Below, in pieces: positions 25,030 through 37,087 of a stretch of DNA of 60,805 nucleotides (position 1 is the first letter of the stretch; the number at the start of each line of letters is the position of its first letter). Source of the stretch: Chiloscyllium plagiosum. Lineage: Eukaryota. The notes below the pieces were generated by a model. The model did not search any database. It saw only the letters and a program-made list of their open reading frames with translations, and was not told where the DNA came from. The stretch is from positions 61,279,588-61,340,392 of the forward strand of contig NC_057719.1 of assembly GCF_004010195.1 (NCBI RefSeq). Reading direction: 5' to 3'. The translations under genes and the position numbers were made by a program.

Positions 25030-25460
25030 GCCAACAAGGCAAGCTTCCAAGTTGTGATCTTCCCACATATTCGATACCCTTGTTCTCCTAAATGGTAGAG
25101 GCCACAGGCATGGGAGATGCCGTTGAAACTCTTGATGAAACCATGATTCACACCACTTCTGTCATGCATCAGTGGTGGACTGAACACATTTTTAATGTGG
25201 TGGATCAGATGCCTAATCACACAAGTTGGTTTTGTCTGGATGTGACAAGTAATTTGAGTATTGCTATAGATGCATTCTCCAGACAAGAGATGTAAAATTC
25301 AACAGACTCCTAACATATGCCTTTTATATAATGGACAGACTTTGGTGTTGCTCATTGCCAAAATCCCAACCTCTGATTTGCTCATATACTCAGTATTTAT
25401 ATAGTTAGCCCAGCTACATTTTAGGTCAATTAAGATGCCCACAAGACTAATGTTGTAGGA
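25030..25460 (-). mobile_element. Old L2/CR1-group LINE fragment
   Basis: Homologous to 25690-26130 and to the reverse complement of 14350-14740. Confidence 0.65.
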
Positions 25461-25467
25461 TTTATGA

Positions 25468-26430
25468 TTTTTTTTTGTCATTCGTGGGATGTTGGCATCG
25501 CTGACTGGGTCAGCATCTATTGCCCATCCCTGGTTGTTGTTGAGAAAGTAGTGATGAGCTGCCTTCTTGAATAATTGCAGTCTATTTGGTACAGTCACAC
25601 ACACAATACCATTAGCAACTGTGTTCCAGGAGTTTTAACTTAGTAAGAATGAAGGAATGGAAATATATTTCCAAGTCAGAATGATGAGTGACTTGGAAGG
25701 GAATTTGCAGGTGGTGGTGCTCCCAAGTATATGCTGCCTTTGTAGTTCTATAAGGTAGTGTTATTTGAGTTTGGAAGGTGCAGTCTAAGAAATGTTGATG
25801 AATTTCTGGGGTGTATCTTACAGATGGTATACACATGCTGCTACACAGCCTTTGTGGTAGAGGGGCTGAGTGTTTATGGATGTGGTGACAATCATGTGAA
25901 TTGGTTTATCCTGGCTGGTGTAAACTTTCTTCAGTGTTGTTGGAGCTACACTCAGCCAGTTAATTGGGAAGTATGCCAACACACTCCTGACTTGGGCCTT
26001 ATAGATGGGGGACAGGCTTTGGGGAGTTAAAAAGTGTTGCAGAATTCCTTGACTTTGACCTGCTTTTGTATCTGCTGCATTTATATGGCTAGTTCAATTC
26101 AGTTTCCAGTCAATGGTGACCCACAAGGATGTTGATAGTGGGGGATTCAGTGGTAGTAGCACCACTGAATGTCAAAAGGTGATGGTTGGATTCTCTCTTG
26201 TTGGAGGTGGGCATTGCCTGGCACTCGTGTGACACAGATATTGCTTGTCATTATCAGCCCAGACTTGTTCAAGTCTTGCTGCATATGAACATGGACTGTT
26301 TCAGTATCTGAGGAGTCTCAAATGATGCTGAACACTGTGCAACCATCTGCAAACATCTCCACTTCTGATCTTATGATGAAGGGAAGGTCATTGATGAAGC
26401 TGCTGAAAGTGTTTGGTACTAGGAAACTAT
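25468..26430 (-). mobile_element. Old L2/CR1-group LINE 3' portion
   Basis: T-run then GGGATGTTGGCATCGCTGACTGGGTCAGCATCTATTGCCCATCCC (reversed 3' end); RT remnant near 26300-26400. Confidence 0.8.
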
Positions 26431-26442
26431 ACTGATGAATTA

Positions 26443-26710
26443 AGGGCTCTTGGGCCACAGTGATAATATCTCTCTGCTTCTGGGCCAGAAAGTTTGAGTT
26501 GAATTGCTACCTGCTCCAGAGGTACATAATAACACCTGTGAACAGGTTGATTAGAAAACACTTATACTGATCTATACCGAAGTATCTCAACTATGGGCTG
26601 TTGAGACACAATGATAGTGTCTTTACCACTGGGCCAGAAGGCATGGGTTAAAGTCCCATCTGCCATAGAGGTTATGTCATAGCAAATCTGAACAGGTTGA
26701 TAAAAAACTC
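26443..26710 (+). mobile_element. Two head-to-tail short tRNA-derived SINEs (26443-26560, 26595-26710)
   Basis: Both read GGGCT..CACARTGATA..CTGGGCCAGAA..GTTRA..AGAGGT..TGAACAGGTTGAT. Confidence 0.75.
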
Positions 26711-26834
26711 TCTACTCCTGCAATAATGTCCTAGGGCGAAGGTGTTTAGCATCCAATAGCCACAGATAGGAATCACACCTAGCACAACGGGTCATTGTCT
26801 ATCAGTGGAGTCTTTCCTCCCCAAATCCCATTTA

Positions 26835-27008
26835 CAGAGGAACCTTGATTATCTAGCATTTGATTATCCAAATGTCAGATTATCTGGCAAGATTGCAATG
26901 TCCCACTACTCCACTAAACTTTGTTATCCAGCATTCAATTATCTGGAATTCAATTAACTGAACAAAATACAGCCCACTCATATCCTTCAGATAATCGAGG
27001 TTCCTCTG
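26835..27008. mobile_element. pogo/Tigger-like MITE (Tc1/mariner superfamily)
   Basis: TA on both sides; TIR CAGAGGAACCTTGATTATCT / AGATAATCGAGGTTCCTCTG; internal GATTATC repeats. Confidence 0.9.
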
Positions 27009-27129
27009 TACTTACTTTGTTAATGCCTCTAGTACTGCATCCTGTCAAATGTTGCTAAGATATCAAGGGTAGTCACTCTAACCTCACCTTGGAATTAAGA
27101 TCTCTCTCATAAAGGACGATTTGGAGGAG

Positions 27130-28080
27130 TTAGTGTTGGACTGGGGTGGAAAAAGTTAAAAATTACACCAGGTTATAGTCCAACAGATTTATTTGGAAGT
27201 GCTAGCTTTCAAAGTGCTCCTTCGTCATCAAGTGGTTGTGGAGCAGGACCATAAGACACAGAATTTATAGCAAAAGAGTACACAGTGTCATGCAGCTGAA
27301 ATATATTAAACAAACGCAGATTAAGTCTTTCATCTTTTAGAATGGTTTTGCTAATTTTAGTTCGTTAATATGTAAATCCCAGAACTTCTTTTAAATCACA
27401 TTCTCAAGATAACTTCAGGTTTTCTAACAAAATGTGTCATCTCAGCTCAGACAATGCATTAAAGGTGTGAGGTTAAAGTCTGCCTTGAGTCAGACTAATT
27501 CTACTTCTAAAGTGGGATTTACATAATCTTCCATGGATTGACTGTAAATTATGCATTTTTGAGCAAAATAGAATATAATCCTGCAAATAAAGATTCACCC
27601 CATAAACTTATGTGTGCGCGTGCAGGAGGGAAAGTGTGAGTGTGTTTATGTGAGTATGCACGTGTGGATGTGAGTGCATGTGAGAAAGTGTGTGTGTGCG
27701 CAAGCTTGATAAAGTACGTGTGTGGATGTGATGGGGTATAAGCCTGTGAGAGGGTGGATGTGTGGGTGTCAGTGTTGGGGTATATGTGCATGCATATGAG
27801 AGGGAGCTTGTGTATGAGAGAAGGTTTGGTGTTGGTCTGTCAGTATGTAGGGGTGTTGAGTGGGGGGTGGGGGGGGGGGGGTTGGTGAGTGTATAATGTA
27901 GTGGTGTCACTATAGTGTGATATGAACCCAAGGTTATGGTTGAGGCATCCTCATGGGTACCGAACTTGGCTATCAGCCTCTGCTCTGCCATGTTGCATTG
28001 TTGCTTCGGACCTTCGGGTGACCATCCTCTAAGGCAGACTTCGGGACAAGCAGCAACACAAAGTGGCTGAGCTGAAACTC
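27130..28080 (-). mobile_element. Penelope-like element 3' portion (family D) with TG-rich tract
   Basis: Minus ORF EQRLIAKFGTHED (GIY-YIG C-terminus); TG-rich 27610-27900; decayed hammerhead TTGATGA..GAAAGCTA ~27203-27232. Confidence 0.8.
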
Positions 28081-28101
28081 AAGCCCCACTATTCCAGGAG
28101 T

Positions 28102-29051
28102 TGTCACAAAAGTTAGTTTTTTAAAAATAAATACACAAAATCCTCAAACGATCCATTTCCAAATCTGCATTCATATAAAGCATGGATCAGGTTTCTGTAC
28201 TTATTAAGAAATCTCTATTTATTACAGTAATTATATTCGCACTACAGATAAATAAGTAAACTAAATTAACAAAACTCTATAAATTAAAACTTCAAATCCC
28301 TTATAAAGTATCCCTCACGCACACACACTAATTCAGATAAGCATAAATTGGGAGAAAATAAAACACATGGGCAGTGGGAAAAGTGGGAAAACAATTCTGT
28401 GGCCATGATAACAAGATCTATTGGATTGATTCTTGCTGATCCAAAGCTTGTCCTTGACTCTACATTTTCCAAATAGCTCTACTGGTTTGCAACAGCACCA
28501 GGTAGCTGTTTCACTCATGAAAGGTCTCTGACTCATCCAAATCAAAGTCACAAGAAAAGAATGGCTTTCTTGAGATTTTAAGTGGCTTACTCCAGATAAC
28601 AGGTTTTGATGCAAATCTGCTGGTTTTCCTTCTGGTCTGACAGAGTTTCTCTTTATCTTATTCACAGCTCAAGCTGTTCAACTGCCTGGCAACCATTAAT
28701 AGTTGTTGGCAGGCAGAGGACCTTCTTCATTGAAATTAGTCCCCAGTCCACAAACCAAACCAAATCAGCTGCACTTCCAGGCAATTACTCAACTTCAGTT
28801 TGTCTGCACGTTGCTAAAAAACACAGCTGCACAGAGTTCATAATAGGTATCAAATTCCTTACATGCATCTTTGTAAATCCTTGGGTTTCAAAATAGTGCT
28901 CTCTCATTTGTGTTTTAAAAAAAACACAAAAATAAACAGACACCATCTTTACATGCCTCAGCCTTTAAGAAAATGGAATGCCATTACAAAAACACATTTC
29001 ACTACAGAACACAGAGTATACAAATAAAAACACAGGACTTATATCTGTTCA
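28102..29051 (-). repeat. 3' LTR of the Gmr1-type element
   Basis: Polypurine tract GTGGGGAGGAAGAA (29052-29065, minus) directly precedes TG; ends GTGACA; AATAAA ~28216. Confidence 0.75.
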
Positions 29052-29729
29052 TTCTTCCTCCCCACTTAGGTAATCTTAACATTTATTAAACCTAACACTT
29101 ATTTCAACATTGTACATGTGGGACCATGCATCTGCAATTGTATTCTCTTTCACTGTAATATGAATATTTCATGAAATAGCTGTAACGAAAGCTAAATAGT
29201 CTCATATTCCTAACTTTAAAAACTCCAATGAAGGCTAATGGATTATGATCAATGTAAATTAGTATATCACTGAAGCCTATATCTTACCTGATAAAGTGTT
29301 GAAGAGCTAACAGCAATCTTGAAGTCTCTTTTTCCACAGTAGATTACTTTTTCTGATCCTAATTTAATTTCTCAGAGGTACCCCACTGGCTTCTCTATCC
29401 CTGACTCAAGATCCTGTTACATGATAGCACCAACCTCTAAGATATGGAAAAATCATGGGAAGCCAACATTGGTTCATTTGATTACATAGCTTCCAGTTTT
29501 CAAAAGCTGCTTGATATTCTGCTGACCATATCACTTTTGCCTGTTTCTTTAACAAATTCATAAAAGACACATCTATCATACTGAAATTATGTACAAATTT
29601 CTGGTATAATCCACACATTCTTAAAACGTTCAAGGGTTAACATTTAGTTTTAGTAACAGGGAATTTAATAGAGCCTCACTTTTTCTGTTCTTGGTGTCAT
29701 TCATCCTTGTCCAACATGAAGAAAATAAT

Positions 29730-29842
29730 GTGATGCAGGAACAGCACAACCAGTGCTCCTCGGATGCTGCCTGACCAGTTGTGCTTTTCCAGTACTGTAC
29801 TCTTCGACTCTGATCTCCAGCATCTGGAGTCCTCACTTTCTC
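29730..29842 (+). mobile_element. PLE family A terminal mini-insertion with short inverted 5' arm
   Basis: 15-bp TSD CATGAAGAAAATAAT (29715-29729, 29843-29857). Confidence 0.88.
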
Positions 29843-31519
29843 CATGAAGAAAATAATAACAATAATTAAAGCAAGATTAACTTACTTTTCCAAATTTACT
29901 TTTAACTAAATTTATCACCAAACCAGCCAATTGCAATTACTTAAACAAGTCTTCAACCCATGTCACATCCTCTTCCAATGTGTCACTATATACACAGACA
30001 TCATCCAAACACTCTATGGAGTTGATTCATACGCATTTGGAATGTAGCAGGAGGGCTCTTTAAGCCAAATGGCATCACTTGACATTAGTTAAACTCACTT
30101 GGTGAGAAAAAAATACTTTCTTCGCCCTTAATATCAATGGCATTTTCCTGTACCCCTTCAATAAATCAATCTTGGATAAAGGAATGAGGCACTGGTAACA
30201 TTATCAATGTAATCTTGTAACCTGCAAGTTGGAATCATGTTAGCTAATCTGCATCCATAACTGCATTCACCTTCCTATAGTCTCCACAAAGTCCAGATGA
30301 TTCATTCAGTTTAAGAAACAACACCATAGGTGAATGCCAGCTGCTTTGATGAGGTTCAGTCAATTGGTTTCTCAGTTTCCACTTGAGTTTGATTTCTTGG
30401 GCTCGATGGTTAAGGATGTTGTTTCATTGATCTGGACTCTCCCAAATCTACATCTTGTCCAGCTAAAGTAATACATCAGGTGCATCTCCAAAATAGTCTG
30501 ATGCTTCCTGAGTAATTCTACAAGATCCTCCTGTTGTCTTTTCTCGAAATATGAGAACACAGTATCTAAATTTCCTAATATTTGTGTTATCTAATCAAAT
30601 TGATGGTTTGCTGTATGAACTATCTCCCTCTCCTTCAACCTCTTATGATCTCTACCATCTTCCTCTATTCTTACCACCTGACACATTAGTTCCTCCTTAA
30701 CCTTTTTCCTATAATGATAGCTTTTCAGCATACTTTTGTGACATAACCAACTCTTCTTCCTATGATCTGGAATATTTATCAGGTAAATCACATTATTAAC
30801 TTTAATAATGATACACGGTCCATTGAATTTCAATCTTGTAAGTTCCCCTTGCAAAGACAATAACACCATTATTTCACCTCTCACTTGAAACATTCTAATT
30901 TTTAAATGACTGTTTAATTTCTGGGTCTTTCTAGAACCATAGACATGTAATCCTGCACTGAGGATTTGTCTTTTTCATTCAAGAAATTCTCCCTAATCAA
31001 TTTTAATGGACTCCTAATCATATGACTGTGAATCAATTCAAATGTGCTAAATTCAGTAGATTCATTTGGGGAATCTCTGGTAACAAGTAGTAAGATATCT
31101 AATCACTTGTTTCAATCCTGTGGGTATTCATGACAGTATGCCTTAATCATGGTTTTGAGAGTCTAGTGGTACCACTCCGAAGTTTCTTGTGTTTGCAAAT
31201 GACACACAGAGGTGATATCAATTGTTTGACGTCCAAATTGCTAACGAGTTCCTAGAAACTATAGACATGAAGATCAAATGCTGATCACACTGTATCTCAA
31301 CTGGAAGTCCACAACAAGTAAAAGAAACAGTGTTAACTTTTCTATTGTTACTCATGATGTCAACATCTTTAAAAGAATAGTTTCTGGAAATTGAGTTGAA
31401 AATCCAAAATTAAAGAATTATTGATGCCCTACTTTGGTTTTGGTAATGGTGTTACACAATCTAACAACAGTAGACGAGATGGTTCTTCCAACTGGTAAGG
31501 ATACCAAAGGGAAACTGAA

Positions 31520-31645
31520 AGAACTATGGACACTGGAAATCAGAAACCAAAACAGAAATTGCTGGAGAAGCTCAGCAGGTCCAGCAGCATCTGTGGACAG
31601 AAATCAGAGTTAATGTTTTGGGTCAAGTGACCCTTCCTCAGAACT
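31520..31645 (-). mobile_element. PLE family B terminal fragment with hammerhead motif
   Basis: Minus: AGTT-CTGAGGA-A-GGGTCA-CT-TGACCC-AAAAC-ATT-AACT. Confidence 0.8.
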
Positions 31646-31934
31646 CATATTAATATCTAGGCGGTACCACTATATTATGAACAACGATCCATTGGTTCAT
31701 CTGCTGACCCACTATGTCCCCACTTCCTTATACCTCCATTTTTAATACAGTAAAACGCTGAAATGTCTTCAGCCTCAGCACGAGCTGTCCACACTAATTT
31801 ACTTAACTCAGGATCTGCTTCCCATCTCTCAATTAAGGAAGACTTGCCCAAACATTATTTCTACCCGATGCACATCTTCCACATTCTCAAAAGGGTCTAA
31901 TTTCAATTACTTAGTTGTAGTTAAAGCATCAGAG

Positions 31935-32305
31935 ACAGAGAGGTGACCTTGAAATGGTTTATACAATCATGAGAGGCTTGGATAGGATAAATAGACAACA
32001 TCTTTTCCCTGGGGTGGGGGAATCAAGAACTAGAGAGTGTATGTTTAAAGTAAGAAGGGTAAAATTTAAAATGGACCTAAGGGGCAACGTTTTCACACAG
32101 AGGATGGTGTGTGTATGGAACGAGCTGACAGACGAAGTGGTGGAGGCTGGTACAATTACAACATTTAAAAGGCATCTGGAAGGGTGTGTAAATAGGAAGG
32201 GTTTAGAGGGATATGGCCAAGTGGGACTGGATTAGTTTAGAATATCTGGTTGGAAGTAGACTGAAGAATCTGTTTCTGTGCTGTACGTCTCTATGACTCT
32301 GTGGC
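31935..32305 (+). mobile_element. CR1 3' fragment nested in the Gmr1 element
   Basis: ORF 31954-32235 DLRGNVFTQRMVCVWNEL..TFKRHL; CTATGACT tail. Confidence 0.92.
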
Positions 32306-33384
32306 TCTATAATCTGACCTGTGGCCTTTTTCTTATGATCATCTTTTTCAGACTCATTCATCTGAAGCTGCAATAAGTCACATGGGCTTCCTTTCCAACT
32401 TCCAGCATTCCAAACAAATATGTCCAATCCTGTTACAAAAGAAATACTGTGGCTTCAAATTCCCACCTCCACCCTCAGTACTTTCCCTCTGATCAGAGGT
32501 GGATCCATCAGAGCATTCCCACCTATCCATCATTCCTTATTTTGGCTATTTGCCTTCCTTTCATTCTCCCATTTTCTACTGCTTTCAAATCTTCTTCACA
32601 CTGCCCTTGTTATATTCCAAAATATAACGATACTTAAACAAAATTCCAGTCTACATTTTTGTGAGCTTTGTGTCAGTTAGTCACACGCCACAAAACTCTC
32701 ACCCAATTGTTTACAAACTCCCAGAATTTACACAACCAATTCAAACCCAATTAATCTTAATATATCCATCTTCTGTTAGCTCATTCCATTAGGTGTCTGG
32801 CATTTCTTATGACTTCAGTGGATGATAACACCTCCCTTTCTCAGTCATGCTGATTTCCTTTCACTGTCACCTCCTCCCTTTCAGACAGTTCCCCAAAACT
32901 CCTTTCGAAGCCACTATGCAATCTCAATCTTTAATGCCTTTTTTCCTCTTCCTCAAACTAATGTCCCCAGTCAAAAAAAGCAAACTTTACTCAGTCCAAA
33001 CAGATCAGGAAGATCACCTCAATCACCTGCTGCACACACATTTAAGCAGTAATGAATCTCAAAGAACATGCTCCTGGTTTACTGAGTTGCTGAGTTCAAG
33101 AAGATACACAATTTTGTTAAAATCATGACATGTTAACGTATTCAAATAGAGGGTTCATATGCTTGTCATCATCAGGATCTGTCATCAATCCACTCCAAAT
33201 AAATATCCTATTTTCATTTCATCATCACGAATCTGACATTTTGTCTCCTTCTCAACTGAGTGCCCCCACCCACTTCATTCTCTGCTCCTGAGAACTTTGC
33301 AAGATCCTGCCCAGTGTCTCTTCTGTTCCTTCTCATTACCTTCCGCTGTTCAAATCAAGTTACAGCATATATAAATTGCCACAA

Positions 33385-33467
33385 TAAGAAATTACTGGAA
33401 AAAGCAGCAGCATCTGCGGAGTGAAAACAGAGTTAACATTTTGAGTTCAATGACATTTCTTCAGAAC
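33385..33467 (-). mobile_element. PLE family B terminal fragment
   Basis: CAGCATCTGCGGAG..CAGAGTTAACATTTTGAGTTCAATGACATTTCTTCAGAAC. Confidence 0.7.
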
Positions 33468-33529
33468 AGGCCTGGGAATGAAGTCCAGACTAAGTGCCGG
33501 CTCATGTTCACTGTGGGATAGAACATTGT

Positions 33530-33735
33530 GTCATAGAGTCATACAGCACAGAAACAGACCCTTCAGTCTAACTCGTCCACGCCAACCAAGTTTCCTGAAC
33601 TAAACTAGTCCCGTTTACTTGTGCTTTGCCCATATCCGTCTTAACTATTCCTATTCAAGTACCTGTCCAAATGTCTTTTAAATTCTGTAGCTGTACCTGC
33701 ATCTACAACTTTCGCTGGCACTTCATTCCACATAC
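33530..33735 (-). mobile_element. CR1 3' fragment
   Basis: GTCATAGAGTCATACAGCACAGAAACAGACCCTT reversed tail. Confidence 0.88.
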
Positions 33736-33749
33736 AAATAATATAGGAC

Positions 33750-34355
33750 AGACTCAAAAAGTGATAGCGAGTTTTGAGAAGTTATGTAGGTCAGGTTGAG
33801 GTTCTGGATGTAGGTTTGCTCACTGAGCTAGAAGGTTAATTTTCAGATGTTTCGTCACCATACTAGGTAACATCTTCAGTGAGCCTCTGGACAAAGCACT
33901 GCTGGTGTTTCCTGCTTTCTATTTATATGTTTGGGTTCCCTTGGGTTGATTATGTCATTTCCTGTGGTGATATCATTTCCAGTGGTGATGTCATTTCCTA
34001 TAGTGTTGTCATGTCCTGTTCTTTTTCTCAAGGGGTGGTAGATGGGATCCAAGTCAATGTGTTTGTTGATAGAGTTCCAGTTGGAATGCCATGCTTCTAG
34101 GAATTCTCGTGCATGCCTTTGTTTGGCTTGTCCTAGGATGGATGTGTTGTCCCAGTCGAAGTGGTGTCCTTCCTTATCTGTATGTAAGGAATACTAGTGA
34201 GAGAGGGTCATGTCATTTTGTGGCTAGTTGATGTTCATGTATCCTGGTGGCTAGTTTTCTCCCATTTGTCCAATGTCATGTTTGTTACAGTTCTTGCACG
34301 GTATTTTGTAAATGACATTAGTTTTGCTTGTTGTCTGCACAGGGTCTTTCAAAAA
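33750..34355 (-). mobile_element. Poseidon-type PLE 3' fragment with hammerhead and 18-bp minisatellite
   Basis: Homologous to 3525-4030; AREFLEAWHS on minus strand; TGTCATTTCC-type units 33953-34020. Confidence 0.9.
33843..33882 (-). ncRNA. Minimal type I hammerhead motif (PLE family C)
   Basis: TCA-CTGAAGA-T-GTTACC-TAGTAT-GGTGAC-GAAAC-ATC-TGA; one G>A change in stem III. Confidence 0.7.
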
Positions 34356-35287
34356 GTAAATTCAACAGAGGAACAGAAATTAACACAGAAAATAAAGAAC
34401 AGTTATACTGAACTCTGTTTTTCTCTCCACAGATTCTATCAAACCTGCTGAGTTTTCTGTGTTTGTGTTTGACCAATATTCAGCAACGACAATATTTTGC
34501 TTTAGAAGAAAAGACATTGATTATATATAGGGACATAGCATCTAGATAGAAAAATGAAGTTTGAACATACAAAGGAAATAACTATTAAAATTAAACAACA
34601 TGCTAACTTGTGAGTAGGTTCTGTCAGATCTGATGTTTCATTAGTTGTCAGCCCATCAAGAACAGCCTTTAAACCAAGGTCCAATAAAATCATATCTCTG
34701 TTCTGACAAGTCATGCAAGTCATTGATTAACAATTGGTCTATTATGGATAATGAACCAAATAAAGCTCAAAGAAAACTGATTTATAACATGGCAATTGCT
34801 ACTGTCATTACATGTACAATACATACATGATAGCTTATGACTTGGTTGCAAAACAGCATTTCCACTTCAATTTGCAAATATGCCTATAACATTATCAAAA
34901 CCAGAAAGATATGTTTATAAATACAAACAGTCACTACTTTACATGAAGGTAACAAAAGAGTACTCCTGGAATGCATTATTCTATTGATACCTATATTTAT
35001 TGCTTTCCTTCTTCATTAGTTTCCTTAAAGGACCATTCACTGACTGCTGTGGTTTTCATTTGACAATATTGGATTACAACAAAGTCTTTCAAGAAGAAAC
35101 TCTAGATTCCAGTTGCAAACTTGTAAGAATATAAACGTTATTCAGATGTCCTGAAAATATCGTTCTTACCATATATAGATAACACATATGTTTCACATGA
35201 TTTAAGGGAAATGGAATACATATTTTCTAAGTAAATTTAGTTTCCAATATTCAATTTGTATTATTCAATAAATAAAAGAAACACTGA

Positions 35288-35390
35288 ATAGTTCCGAAGA
35301 AGGATCACTGGACCCAAAACATTAACTCGGAATTATCTCCATGAATACTGCCTGAGATTTTCCAGCAATTTCTGCTTTTGTTTCTGTATT
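35288..35390 (+). mobile_element. PLE family B terminal fragment, decayed hammerhead
   Basis: AGTTCCGAAGAAGGATCACTGGACCCAAAACATTAACT. Confidence 0.7.
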
Positions 35391-36539
35391 GTTTAATATT
35401 TAAAGGATTTATTTTATTTATAATTTAAATGTAGACATTTCAAAATAATTCAGTCAGAAAAAACTTAAATTACAATTACAAAAATACAGTTGTGCTTTCT
35501 CAACACTTGTATTAATAGTACAGATACCTAATCAAGAAATATACAATCTAAAATGGCTAATCATGCTGTATTTCAAAGCAATATATATTTGCAATGCAAT
35601 AGATTTACCATCATGGGAAATGCTGGGACAGCAGTAACATTCTTGCTCTCTTACAAAGTCTTTAACAAACATTTTAAAGATAGGCTAACCTAATGAGTTT
35701 GGGCAAACTCCGGAATAGTCCTTAAACGTATTATCATCCTTATTAATTTTCAAAACTACTGACTGTACCATGCTGACTGTCACAGATCTAAATCTACAAT
35801 TACAGCTGACTATTTTTCAGATAGTTACGCTCAGTTGCACCACAAGCAAGTTTAATATTCAATGCATGGGAAAATTAAACTACTTTAAATAAAATGTACA
35901 TTAAAAATGCAAACAGATTTTCTCCAATACATTTATTAAAATGTTTGTATATTTTTCATCTTTATGATACTTTACTCCCAGGTACTGATTTGTAGTTAAG
36001 AGCATATTTAAAGCAGGACCAAAGAAATACTTATTCTACAGAAAAAAGAGGAACGCTATTAATAAGTTCATGCAAACTTGCCAAAGATTTACGAGTTGTT
36101 GGGAGTTTACAAAAGGAACTCTAAATGTCAGGGAATGGTGGTACATAAAGATAAATAAGTCTATAAACTGAAGTTAATACAAAGTTGCCACTGTATGCAA
36201 ATTCTTAAACTCCATCCAAAATAAACTCAAATTTAGATCATATTCAAACATACAATTAATTTTGTATGTTTATACAATTAAGCAGCAGGTTAACATTAGC
36301 ATTTTGAGACCAGAACTTGAATAAAACATTTCCTACACTTTTTTTCTAGATGAGATGTCAAGAGAATTCATTAAAATGCCCATACCATCACCACCCCAAC
36401 TGCCACCCGCTCTGATTACATCAGGAAATATACTCTTTATCCATCCTGCTTCAAGGCTTCTGCCTGTCACATCTTGAATCAATTGCTAGGAAGTATGCAT
36501 AGCAATGCAGTGCAGAGAGGAACATTAAATTAGAAAGAG

Positions 36540-36780
36540 ACATTGTTAAACGAGTGCATGCAACTGTGCCAGTTGGATTTCAAAGTAGGTAAATGCGAGG
36601 TCATAATTTTGGAACAAAGGATTGATTGAGGGTCATGTATGAAGATTACTAATGGTCAAGTACAAAAAAATTAATGAAATCCTAGCTTTGAATTTACAGA
36701 GACTGAATGTAAAATGGAGGAAGCTTTGCTATTCTTTTATGAACCCTTAGTTACAGCACATTTGCAGTATTGCATGGAAA
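36540..36780 (+). mobile_element. Old CR1 fragment
   Basis: GTAAATGCGAGGTCAT..TTTTGG and PHLEYC-like CACATTTGCAGTATTGC. Confidence 0.55.
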
Positions 36781-37087
36781 TTGGACTGGATGGGTCAAAT
36801 AGCACCGGGAACGGATAAATCAATTCCACATAGATACAAAAGTCCTCCACACTAACATATAGCAAGTAGTAGCAAAATTGAGAGAGTGTTCTCACATCCT
36901 AGACAAGCAACTGCCTGACACAGTCACAATCATATGATACCTTACCAATGTTCCAGACAACACCATCACCAACCCTGGGTACATCCTGTCCCATTGACAG
37001 TGTGGGCTCACCAGAGCTGCCCTGGATGATCTCAACATTGACTCCAGACCGGATGAAATTTCATGGCATTAGGTCAATATGGGCAAG

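Larger units (their letters stand above)
28102..33370 (-). mobile_element. Gmr1-type Gypsy element (gag-IN-RT-RH-3'LTR), decayed; 5' LTR not found
   Basis: Zn-knuckle remnant FFCNRIGHICLECW ~32420; integrase LLDCVTPLP ~31450 and TLKTMIKAY ~31150; RT SKIDLLKGY, QVMPFGLK, CLDDV 30170-29990; RNase H STVEKE, IDHNP, KENTIADA 29340-29130. Confidence 0.88.

Noticed and set aside
27608..27991. His/Thr-rich ORF and G-run
   Set aside because: Translation of a TG-rich tract in a PLE 3' UTR
33953..34020. 18-bp repeats as a CRISPR-like array
   Set aside because: Tandem units without unique spacers, inside a PLE, in eukaryotic DNA
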